This document shows, piece after piece, positions 1-7,933 of a DNA stretch of 14,575 nt (positions are counted from its first letter, which is position 1; the number at the start of each line of letters is the position of its first letter). The stretch covers positions 1 through 14,575 of the forward strand of contig JBFEXS010000054.1 of the NCBI GenBank assembly GCA_041562555.1. The letters run 5' to 3'. This DNA is from Sulfurimonadaceae bacterium. Lineage in GTDB: Bacteria; Campylobacterota; Campylobacteria; Campylobacterales; Sulfurimonadaceae. The position numbers and the translations under genes were made by a program. Under the pieces are notes generated by a model that was given only the letters and a program-made list of their open reading frames with translations, did no database searches and was not told where the DNA came from.

Positions 1-482
1 AATTAATGGCTAAAAATGAAGTGGATATAGAAAGTATGTTCTCTCCAGCTGTGTCCAGCTTAAATGGAATGGGAATACCATGTATTTATGCCGCACCAAA
101 AGAAGGCTATAGGGCGTGGCATGGAGTGCAGTGCCTTTCAAGCGCATGTGAAGGAGAACGAAAAGATGCAGCTTATCAATTCATGAACTGGTGGCTTTCA
201 GGTTGGGCCGGAGCCTTTATTGCACGCCAGGGATATTATATATCAAACCCTGAACGTGCACGAAAACAGATGAGTTCTGAAGAGTGGGAGTATTGGTATG
301 AGGGGAAAGTTGCTAGGACAGACCTTAGGGGTACGGATGGGAAGGTGTCTGTAAAAAAAGGGGATATCCGAACAGGAGGCTCTTATATACGACGGCATGA
401 GAATATTGCTGTATGGAACACGGTGATGTCCAACTATGACTACAGTCTTAATAAATGGAACGAATTTGTATTGACACGATAA
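1..482 (+). CDS. PotD/PotF-type extracellular solute-binding protein, C-terminal part (5' truncated by the window edge)
   Basis: The frame is open to the left edge (in-frame TTA at 3-5 precedes ATG 6). The motifs SMFSPAV, PKEGYRAW, AAYQFMNWWLSGWAGAFIARQGYY and KWNEF resemble the C-terminal lobe of polyamine-type ABC binding proteins. Stop TAA ends at 482. Confidence 0.75.
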   Translation, partial: LMAKNEVDIESMFSPAVSSLNGMGIPCIYAAPKEGYRAWHGVQCLSSACEGERKDAAYQFMNWWLSGWAGAFIARQGYYISNPERARKQMSSEEWEYWYEGKVARTDLRGTDGKVSVKKGDIRTGGSYIRRHENIAVWNTVMSNYDYSLNKWNEFVLTR

Positions 483-487
483 ATAGG

Positions 488-2764
488 ATGAAAAAACTCG
501 TGAAACCTTTTAAACTCAGAAAAAAGATTTATTTTTTATCTTTTATATCCAGTCTTTTCGTGGTCTTTATAGGGTGGATGGGCTACAGTACTCTGACACA
601 ACTTTCTCAAAACTTTCAAAACTTCCGAAAAACAAGTGAATTTGCCAATAAGAATATCTCGTTGGCCAAAGAGGTAGAGAGGCTTAAAGGAAGTGTACAA
701 AAGTTTACGTATACCGGCCTGAAGAGTTCGTTGGATGATGCCTACGAACGTTATGAAAAGATTAAAATATATAGTGATGAGAGTAAGGTGCCAGAGGAGC
801 TTTCTGTCGCTAAAAACTTTGCCCTAATAAACACACATCTAGAAAAATATTTTGCGACATTCAAAGAGCTTGAAGAACAGGTCCAAACACGCCAAAAATT
901 AAAACGAGAACAAAAGGTCATGATAAAGCAGATCCGAATGGATGTGATCCGTTATGCTTCAGATGGCAGTTTACAGTTAGTCAGCATGAGTAATATTTTA
1001 TTGGATAATCTGCATAATGTCGAACAGACAACCTTATATTACGCTGATTCACTGGAGAATAAATATATTAAAGAGATTAAGTCCCATATTAAAATACTCA
1101 ATGAGAGGCTAAATACTATTATCAAGCAGGAAAAAGATGCACAAAAACGATCGGAAATCTTATTGATAAAAGAAAAAATCAATCGATTTACAAAGGTCAT
1201 CAGTGCCCAAGTTCAGCATATTCGAAGTTATCTTTTTTTGGTTAATGTAGTCATGGCAGCTGAATCCTATGAAGTACTGTACCAAGCAAATCTAATCAGT
1301 GATGCTTCTCAGAAAATACTTGAACAGATCGATGATGATTTCAATGATCAAATTGTCACAGCGATCAAGACTTTAAGTTTTGTAGGTGGTATTTCTCTGG
1401 TCCTTATGGTACTTATCGCTGCTATAATAGCACGCAGTGTCATACGTCCGATAAGCTATTTGACCGAATCTTTTAATGAACTTTCCAAAGGAAATGCTGA
1501 TGCCCCGGTACCTGTATATGATGTGGATGATGAAGTTGGTGCTTTGACCAGGGCCGCTGCATCTTTTAGAGATAAGAATCAAGAAATCAATACACTTCTG
1601 GAGCATAGTAAAGAATTGAGTGAGAACCTTGTAGAGGCAAAACAGCAGGCCGATAGTGCAAACAAAGCAAAATCATCTTTCTTAGCAAGTATGAGTCATG
1701 AAATACGGACACCGTTAAATGCTATTATAGGGTTTATCAACCTTTTAAGAAAGGATGAAGATGATCCGAAAAAACTGGAATACCTCACTACAGTAAAAAA
1801 TTCCTCTAGTTCTTTATTAGGGGTTATCAATGATATCTTAGATATTAGCAAGATAGAAGATGGAAAGCTGGATGTAGAAGCAATCGATTTTGATATCTAT
1901 CAGCAAATACGTGAATTGGTGAAGTTTTATGAAGTGGCCATTACCGAAAAAGATGTCGAGTTGTCTTTAATAATAGATGAAAGTGTTCCAAAATATTTAA
2001 ATAGCGATTCTCTGCGGCTAAAACAGATTGTATCAAACTTGATCTCAAATGCCATTAAATTCTCCCCTGATAGGTCTACTGTCACGATTAAACTTGACTA
2101 TATAGAGCCCATGCTTTTTGTTTCAGTGAGGGATGAGGGGATCGGTATCAGCGAAGAAGCGAGACAACGTATTTTTAGCGCATTTGAGCAAGCAGAATCA
2201 TCTACTACACGTAGTTATGGTGGAACAGGTTTGGGCTTGACGATTTCCAAAAAACTTGTTGAACTTCTTGGTGGGAATATTACCGTTGAAAGTGAACTAG
2301 ATAAGGGTAGTACATTTTCATTCTCTATTAACGCACCTGTAGCTGATCAGCATATAGAAGAGATGGTGGAAGATAAAGAATATCGGTTTGAAGGATATGT
2401 GTTAGTTGCTGAAGATAACAAGACAAACCAGATGTTGATCAAGATATTACTGGATGAGTTGGGTGTCAAGTGTAGAGTTGTTAATGATGGAGAAGAGGCT
2501 GTAGATGCTTTTTCAAAGGAAGTGTTTGATTTGATCCTTATGGACGTCAATATGCCAAATATGGATGGTGTTGATGCAACTCGAAGAATTCGCAGTGAGG
2601 GTAGCGAACGCAGTACGATTCCAATTATTGCATTGACTGCAAATGCGATGAAGGAGGATGTAGAAACTTATATGCAGGCGGGTATGAATGCTCATATTTC
2701 AAAACCCATCGATAATATTCTTTTGATCAAAGAATTATCGAGATATCTGAAAGAGGCAGACTGA
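488..2764 (+). CDS. Membrane-bound hybrid sensor histidine kinase (TM - periplasmic helical domain - TM - HAMP - HisKA - HATPase - REC)
   Basis: Two hydrophobic segments flank a roughly 260 aa helical domain. HAMP (RPISYL...DEVGAL), H-box FLASMSHEIRTPLNAI, N-box RLKQIVSNLISNAIKF, G1 DEGIGI, G2 GGTGLGL, and receiver motifs AEDN, LMDVNMP, ALTAN and SKP are all present. I placed the start at ATG 488, after the upstream stop, rather than at 455. Confidence 0.93.
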   Translation: MKKLVKPFKLRKKIYFLSFISSLFVVFIGWMGYSTLTQLSQNFQNFRKTSEFANKNISLAKEVERLKGSVQKFTYTGLKSSLDDAYERYEKIKIYSDESKVPEELSVAKNFALINTHLEKYFATFKELEEQVQTRQKLKREQKVMIKQIRMDVIRYASDGSLQLVSMSNILLDNLHNVEQTTLYYADSLENKYIKEIKSHIKILNERLNTIIKQEKDAQKRSEILLIKEKINRFTKVISAQVQHIRSYLFLVNVVMAAESYEVLYQANLISDASQKILEQIDDDFNDQIVTAIKTLSFVGGISLVLMVLIAAIIARSVIRPISYLTESFNELSKGNADAPVPVYDVDDEVGALTRAAASFRDKNQEINTLLEHSKELSENLVEAKQQADSANKAKSSFLASMSHEIRTPLNAIIGFINLLRKDEDDPKKLEYLTTVKNSSSSLLGVINDILDISKIEDGKLDVEAIDFDIYQQIRELVKFYEVAITEKDVELSLIIDESVPKYLNSDSLRLKQIVSNLISNAIKFSPDRSTVTIKLDYIEPMLFVSVRDEGIGISEEARQRIFSAFEQAESSTTRSYGGTGLGLTISKKLVELLGGNITVESELDKGSTFSFSINAPVADQHIEEMVEDKEYRFEGYVLVAEDNKTNQMLIKILLDELGVKCRVVNDGEEAVDAFSKEVFDLILMDVNMPNMDGVDATRRIRSEGSERSTIPIIALTANAMKEDVETYMQAGMNAHISKPIDNILLIKELSRYLKEAD

Positions 2765-2780
2765 TAGACCTCATGAGGAA

Positions 2781-2806
2781 CGTGTTCGAAAAGGGCACGG
2801 CTTTAT
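2781..2806 (+). terminator. Possible weak intrinsic terminator between the convergent kinase and THI5-like genes
   Basis: CGTGTTC-GAAAA-GGGCACG forms a 7-bp stem with two G-U pairs at 2781-2799, followed by a short GCTTTAT tail. The U-tract is poor. Confidence 0.35.
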
Positions 2807-2807
2807 G

Positions 2808-3686
2808 TCAAGCTAAAAATGCCTTTTTAAAGTCATCATATTTAAGTTTGGTGATCCCAATCTCACTGAAAAAACCTAAAATCGGTGCCTGGTCTGAGGC
2901 AAGGGAATGAAAATCATTATGGAAGCACTCCATGGTACTTGAAAGGATGTCATCCATCAAGTCACTTTTCTCTTCCTGAGTATAGTCATAATAGTGTTGT
3001 ATGGTCTTGTCTGAATTTTTTTGTATCCATACTATAGCTTCTTTGACAGCTTTGATAAAGACCTCACAGGTCTGTTTGTTCGTCTCGTACCATTGTTTGT
3101 TTGTAAAGATGTCCAAGGCACTGAAGTTGGCAAACCCTACATTTTCGGCATCTAGGAATAAAACCTCCATCCCCTCATGTTTCGCTTCGACCCCTTCAAA
3201 ATTATAAAAGTATAACCATCCGGCGTCGGCGCCTTCTTTCATGTATTTTAGGTGTTCAAATCCATTGGCTTGAAACTTGACTTGGTCTCGTTGTACATAA
3301 ACACCTTTGTTTGCATAAAACCGGCGGATGATCTCGAAGGCGATACTGTCTGTCCTCTCATTGGACACAGGGGATGTTACGGTGATACTTTGACCATGTA
3401 TCAGTTTTTCATAGGATGACTTTTTGAGCAGTACACCACCTTTTGTCTCGAAATAGGTTCCCATGGTCAAAAACCGCTCATCAAACTGTTCAATAAGATG
3501 TAGTGGTTCATTGGTGGCAAAATGGATGTTCCCATTACACAGTTCATCTAAACCGTCATAATGTTCTGTTGGTTCGATGATCTCTATATCAAGACCGTGC
3601 TTTTCAAAGATACCCTGGCGTATACCCACAATAAAGGGCAAGTGGTCCGGGTTTAAAAACCATTCGATTGCGAGTTTTAATTTCAT
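2808..3686 (-). CDS. NMT1/THI5 (ThiY-like) family protein, no signal peptide
   Basis: The N-terminus KLAIEWFLNPDHLPFIVGIRQGIFEKHGLDIEIIEP matches the NMT1/THI5 pattern (L[DN]W..N..H..G.F...GLDV.I.EP). It is the last gene of the thiD-thiE operon, with an ATGA overlap with thiE at 3683-3686. Confidence 0.85.
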   Translation of the reverse strand: MKLKLAIEWFLNPDHLPFIVGIRQGIFEKHGLDIEIIEPTEHYDGLDELCNGNIHFATNEPLHLIEQFDERFLTMGTYFETKGGVLLKKSSYEKLIHGQSITVTSPVSNERTDSIAFEIIRRFYANKGVYVQRDQVKFQANGFEHLKYMKEGADAGWLYFYNFEGVEAKHEGMEVLFLDAENVGFANFSALDIFTNKQWYETNKQTCEVFIKAVKEAIVWIQKNSDKTIQHYYDYTQEEKSDLMDDILSSTMECFHNDFHSLASDQAPILGFFSEIGITKLKYDDFKKAFLA

Positions 3687-4303
3687 CTGTTCATTCCTTG
3701 TTTTAAATTTTTAATGTTTTGTTGTATATCGCCTTTGAAAATGTCATGAACGATACTGATCATATCCGGTTGATGTACGGCTATATCGTGTATGTTGTTT
3801 CGGTTGATCCCTCCAATAGTACACACTGGGATATCCAGTGCTTCTTTAGCCTTTTGGATGACACTCATTGACACGATACCCGATTTAGGTTTTGTCGGCG
3901 AAGGAAAAAATGAGCCAAAAGCAACGTAATCTGCGCCTTCTTCTTGTGCCTCTTTGGCTTTACGGATACTTCCATAGCAAGAGACCCCTATGATACCCTT
4001 GGGAAAAATATCTCTTGCAGAAGATATCGGCATATCATCTTTTCCGATATGTAAACCATCAGCGTTTATCTTTTGTGCGAGGTGGGGCCTATCATCAATA
4101 ATGAAGGGCACTTTGTATTGTTTACACAGTCCAAGAAGTTCTCGGCAAATGTTTTCAATCTCATCGTCTTGTGCCGTTTTGTTCCGGTATTGAAGGATGT
4201 CTACACCTGCTTTGAGTGCTTCTTCGACCTGTGTCACAACAGTCTCATCCGGTGTAAGTGTTTCATCGGTAATAGCATATAGTCCCTTGAGTTTATGCGA
4301 CAT
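3683..4303 (-). CDS. thiE: Thiamine-phosphate synthase
   Basis: Motifs GLYAITD, QYRNK, IIDDR, GLHIGKDD, GVSCY, YVAFGSFFPSPTKP and IGGI. The start is reassigned to ATG 4303 (MSHKLKG), preceded by AAGGGGG and overlapping the thiD stop by 11 nt. Confidence 0.93.
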   Translation of the reverse strand: MSHKLKGLYAITDETLTPDETVVTQVEEALKAGVDILQYRNKTAQDDEIENICRELLGLCKQYKVPFIIDDRPHLAQKINADGLHIGKDDMPISSARDIFPKGIIGVSCYGSIRKAKEAQEEGADYVAFGSFFPSPTKPKSGIVSMSVIQKAKEALDIPVCTIGGINRNNIHDIAVHQPDMISIVHDIFKGDIQQNIKNLKQGMNR

Positions 4304-5075
4304 CCTGACCCCCTTGCTTATGATTGATCGGTCCTGGTCCGTGGCCAATGTCTGGGGCATGTTTTAAGGCTTGTGTGATAAACTGCTTGGCGATGGAAAT
4401 CGATGTCTGCAGAGACTTCCCCAGCGCAAGATTGGCGGCAATGGCACTTGAGTAGGAACATCCCGTACCATGTAGATTGTTGGTCGGGATCCGTTCACTC
4501 TCAAAGACCTGTACCACATCTGAAATGAAAAGCTTGTCAATACTTTTGTCTATGCCCATCTCATCTATGGTTTCGTTTTTGATAAGTACAGGGGTGGTCA
4601 TTCTGTTCAGATGAGGATTAGGTCCTGTATCCCCCGGAAGATATCCGAATAGTGCTTTTGCCTCGAACTGATTGGGTGTTATCAGGCTTGCATGTTCAAA
4701 TAGCTCTTTCATCCTCTCAACCGTGTCTTCTTGTAAGAGGGGAGAACCGGCTTTTGAAATAAATACCGGATCTAAAACAACAGGTATCTCATAACGGCTG
4801 ATGAAGCCTTTGACCACTTCCATGATTTCGGCGCTGTAGAGCATTCCTATTTTGATCGCAGCAACCTCAAAATCATTGAAAACCGCTTCAATCTGTGCGC
4901 GTACAAAGTCCGAGGGAACCGCATGAATCGCAGTCACACCGGTTGTATTCTGTGCGGTCAATACGGTGACAACGGATGTGCCAAATACACCAAAAGCCTC
5001 AAAGGTTTTTAAATCAGCCTGTATACCTGCTCCTCCGCTGGAATCAGAACCTGCGATGCTTAGTACTACTTTCAT
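4293..5075 (-). CDS. thiD: Hydroxymethylpyrimidine/phosphomethylpyrimidine kinase
   Basis: Motifs [56 protein letters not shown] and [18 protein letters not shown] at 5081-5086 (minus strand). Confidence 0.96.
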   Translation of the reverse strand: MKVVLSIAGSDSSGGAGIQADLKTFEAFGVFGTSVVTVLTAQNTTGVTAIHAVPSDFVRAQIEAVFNDFEVAAIKIGMLYSAEIMEVVKGFISRYEIPVVLDPVFISKAGSPLLQEDTVERMKELFEHASLITPNQFEAKALFGYLPGDTGPNPHLNRMTTPVLIKNETIDEMGIDKSIDKLFISDVVQVFESERIPTNNLHGTGCSYSSAIAANLALGKSLQTSISIAKQFITQALKHAPDIGHGPGPINHKQGGQDVA

Positions 5076-5080
5076 AGGGA

Positions 5081-5106
5081 CTCCTTAATAAGTTGCCCAT
5101 ATTGTA
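5081..5106 (-). promoter_or_regulatory. Putative -10 box (TACAAT) and RBS (AAGGAG) of the thiD operon
   Basis: On the minus strand, TACAAT lies at 5101-5106 and AAGGAG at 5081-5086, 5 nt before the thiD ATG. Confidence 0.5.
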
Positions 5107-5234
5107 AAACAGGTAAGATTCTGTTCGTAGGTAAAAAATGTCGATTCGTTGCGCATATCGGAGTTACGAAGATGAATAGACGTGCAAGGTGCCATTTTTT
5201 TAGTCATATTTTTTTCTGTTTTCATCTGTGAGAA

Positions 5235-5263
5235 TGGTACAATACGCTGACAATTTAAAAGGA
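5235..5263 (+). promoter_or_regulatory. Putative extended -10 promoter (TGgTACAAT) and RBS of pgm
   Basis: TGGTACAAT at 5235-5243 fits TGnTAnAAT. T-tracts lie upstream, and AAGGA at 5259-5263 precedes ATG 5269. Confidence 0.6.
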
Positions 5264-5268
5264 AAACT

Positions 5269-6903
5269 ATGCTTCACCCCTATGCCGGAAAACCGGCTCC
5301 TCTTGATATATTAGAAAACATACCCAATCTTATCTCTTCGTACTATACCCGTACGCCGGATAGTGGTATGAGTGAACAGGCCGTCAGTTTCGGGACCTCG
5401 GGGCACCGCGGAAATGCCTTGAAAAACAGTTTTAATGAAGCACATATTTTTGCAATCACGCAGGCCCTATGTGAGTATCGAAAGGACGCAGGTATAGAAG
5501 GGACGCTCTTTATCGGTAAGGACACCCATGCTCTTTCAACTCCGGCACAGATCTCGGCACTGCAGGTCTGCGTGGCAAACGGTGTTCAATGCAAGATCGC
5601 AAAAGCGGATGGATATACACCGACACCGGTGATTTCATTTACGATTTTGGAAGCAAATAAAACAAGCCAGGAACAGTGTGACGGAGTTGTCATTACACCC
5701 TCACACAATCCTCCAAGCGATGGCGGGTTTAAGTATAACCCTCCCAATGGGGGACCTGCAGATAGTGACGTGACGACGATTATTCAAAACAGAGCGAATG
5801 AAATTTTGAAAAATGGTTTGAACGAAGTGGAAAAAGTCTCCTATGAAGAGGCAATGAAAAGCAACCTGGTAGAGGAATATGATTTTATATCTCCTTATGT
5901 CGAGGCACTGGCTGAGATCATCGATATGCAGGCAATCAAAGACGCGGATCTGCAGATAGGAGTAGATCCGATGGGAGGCTCGGGTATTGCCGTTTATGAG
6001 AAGATCAAAGAAGTGTACGGAGTGAACCTGGATATTGTCAATACCAAGGTTGATCCGAGTTTCTCCTTCATGTCCTGTGATCATGACGGGAAGATCCGTA
6101 TGGACTGCTCATCACAATATGCTATGGCTTCACTGATTACCCTGAAAGAGAAATATGATATCGCCTTTGGAAATGACCCTGATTTTGATCGGCATGGTAT
6201 TGTTACTCCATCGGTAGGCCTGATGAACCCGAACCATTATCTCAGTGTAGCTATCTGGTATCTGTTCTCACATAGAAAGGCCTGGAAAAAAGCGTTGGGC
6301 ATCGGTAAGACCTTGGTATCAAGTTCGATGATTGACAGGGTGGCAGCATCCATTGGAAAGGATGTCATTGAAGTACCGGTAGGCTTTAAATGGTTCGTAG
6401 ATGGTCTGTATGCAGGCAGTCTCGGTTTTGGGGGAGAAGAGAGTGCAGGGGCCTCTTTTTTACGTTTGGACGGTTCGGTATGGTCGACAGACAAGGACGG
6501 GATAATTCTGAACCTTTTGGCTGCAGAAATAACAGCCAAGTTGGACAAAGACCCGGGGGAAATATACCAAGAGTTTGAGAAGAAATTTGGTAGTTCCTAT
6601 TACGAGCGCATTGATGTGACAGCGACACCTGAGCAAAAAGCGGTCTTGAAAAAACTTTCGGCGGAGAACGTGACATCCACAATAATGGCGGGTGAGACGA
6701 TCACGGGTATCTTTACCAAAGCCAGTGGAAACAATGCGGATATCGGTGGATTGAAAGTAGAGACTGAAAACGGTTGGTTTGCGGCCCGTCCCTCAGGAAC
6801 AGAAGATATTTACAAAATCTATGCGGAAAGTTTTATCTCCAAAGAGCACTTGCATCAGATACAGAGAGAAGCACAGGAAATGGTCAATCAAGTTATCTGC
6901 TGA
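5269..6903 (+). CDS. pgm: Phosphoglucomutase, alpha-D-glucose-phosphate-specific
   Basis: HPYAGKPA N-terminus, FGTSGHRG, catalytic-serine loop ITPSHNP, metal loop NDPDFDRH, sugar loop GEESAG, and RPSGTEDIYKIYAESF. At 544 aa it has the length of an E. coli-type Pgm. Confidence 0.97.
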   Translation: MLHPYAGKPAPLDILENIPNLISSYYTRTPDSGMSEQAVSFGTSGHRGNALKNSFNEAHIFAITQALCEYRKDAGIEGTLFIGKDTHALSTPAQISALQVCVANGVQCKIAKADGYTPTPVISFTILEANKTSQEQCDGVVITPSHNPPSDGGFKYNPPNGGPADSDVTTIIQNRANEILKNGLNEVEKVSYEEAMKSNLVEEYDFISPYVEALAEIIDMQAIKDADLQIGVDPMGGSGIAVYEKIKEVYGVNLDIVNTKVDPSFSFMSCDHDGKIRMDCSSQYAMASLITLKEKYDIAFGNDPDFDRHGIVTPSVGLMNPNHYLSVAIWYLFSHRKAWKKALGIGKTLVSSSMIDRVAASIGKDVIEVPVGFKWFVDGLYAGSLGFGGEESAGASFLRLDGSVWSTDKDGIILNLLAAEITAKLDKDPGEIYQEFEKKFGSSYYERIDVTATPEQKAVLKKLSAENVTSTIMAGETITGIFTKASGNNADIGGLKVETENGWFAARPSGTEDIYKIYAESFISKEHLHQIQREAQEMVNQVIC

Positions 6904-6954
6904 TCTGTGTGCGATTTTAGATAGAATATTACCTATCTTATTACAGGAGTAATA

Positions 6955-7815
6955 ATGGCAGCAGGCTTTTTTGCAGTATTTGATGATATCGCTGTGCTTT
7001 TGGATGATGCAGCGACGATGGGAAAGGTCGCGACGAAGAAAACAGCAGGAGTCTTGGGAGATGATCTGGCTGTGGGTGCCGAGAAGGCATCAGGCTTCTC
7101 CGCCACGAGAGAATTACCGGTGCTTTGGGCAATCACGAAGGGCTCTTTACGTAATAAAGTCATTATTTTGCCGATCGCATTTTTGTTAAGTGCCTATGCT
7201 TCGTGGACGATTGTCCCTATATTGATGTTAGGTGGACTTTATCTCGCTTTTGAGGGTGCCGAAAAGATTTATGAATTCTTTGTTCCCCAGGAAACCATCA
7301 AGGAACAGATAGGCTCATTGTCGAAAGAGGCTTTCATGGCATACGAGCAGAAGAAAGTGAAATCGGCGATATTGACAGATTTCATCCTATCAATAGAAAT
7401 CATTGTCATTGCCTTGGGTACGGTTCTTGAGAAGCCTTTGTCAATACAAATCCTGGTGGTATCATTTATTGCTGTTTTGGCAACAATCGGGGTATATGGT
7501 TTTGTAGCGCTTTTAGTGCGTATGGATGATGTCGGTTTCAAGATGTTGGAGATGGCAGAAGGAAGAAAGGGTGTGATGCACTTTTCAGGCGAGATCCTCG
7601 TCGCAGCACTTCCAAAAGTCATCCGTGTATTAAGTATTATCGGTACTGCAGCAATGTTGTTAGTCGCAGGAGGGATCTTTGTACATAACCTGCATCAACT
7701 GCATACAGTGTTACATCCTATGCCCAACCTGTTAGGTGAGTTTTTGACGGGTCTGGTGATTGGTATGATTGTACTTGCAGTGGAAAAATCTGTTGTGGGA
7801 CTCTTCAAGAAATAG
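6955..7815 (+). CDS. DUF808 (YedI-like) inner membrane protein
   Basis: Motifs FDDIAVLLDD, KKTAGVLGDDLAV, RELPVLWAITKGS..NK, AILTDFILSIEIIVI, GVYGFVALLVRMDDVG and GTAAMLLVAGGI, with several hydrophobic helices. RBS AGGAG at 6945-6949. Confidence 0.9.
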   Translation: MAAGFFAVFDDIAVLLDDAATMGKVATKKTAGVLGDDLAVGAEKASGFSATRELPVLWAITKGSLRNKVIILPIAFLLSAYASWTIVPILMLGGLYLAFEGAEKIYEFFVPQETIKEQIGSLSKEAFMAYEQKKVKSAILTDFILSIEIIVIALGTVLEKPLSIQILVVSFIAVLATIGVYGFVALLVRMDDVGFKMLEMAEGRKGVMHFSGEILVAALPKVIRVLSIIGTAAMLLVAGGIFVHNLHQLHTVLHPMPNLLGEFLTGLVIGMIVLAVEKSVVGLFKK

Positions 7816-7872
7816 GCAGTGCTTAAGGGCACAACTTATGAAAGTATCACACAGGGTTATATATTGGATTAC

Positions 7873-7905
7873 TTAAGCAAAAATATATTTCGATTTTACT
7901 ATGAT
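7873..7905 (+). promoter_or_regulatory. Putative Campylobacterota-type sigma70 promoter for the EAL-HDOD gene
   Basis: TTAAGC at 7873-7878 and TATGAT at 7900-7905, 21 nt apart, in an AT-rich intergenic region. Confidence 0.4.
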
Positions 7906-7933
7906 TGAATATCGATAAACAATGGACAAATCT

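Noticed and set aside
455..487. Longer kinase start at 455
   Set aside because: It overlaps the SBP C-terminus and adds a non-homologous-looking extension. ATG 488 follows the SBP stop, although its RBS is weak.
2808..3686. Calling the gene a functional THI5 HMP-P synthase or a thiY ABC subunit
   Set aside because: It lacks the PLP Lys and Cys motif needed for THI5, and lacks the signal peptide and adjacent permease expected for ThiY. No gene symbol was assigned.
5076..5268. TPP riboswitch upstream of thiD
   Set aside because: The conserved CUGAGA and ACCUGA...GCGUAGGGA elements are absent. The spacer is explained by two divergent promoters.
7820..7879. Inverted repeat TGCTTAAG ... CTTAAGCA 44 nt apart, considered as a MITE end or terminator
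   Set aside because: It is only 8 bp and built on the self-palindromic CTTAAG, with no target-site duplication or U-tract. TTAAGC is better explained as a promoter element.
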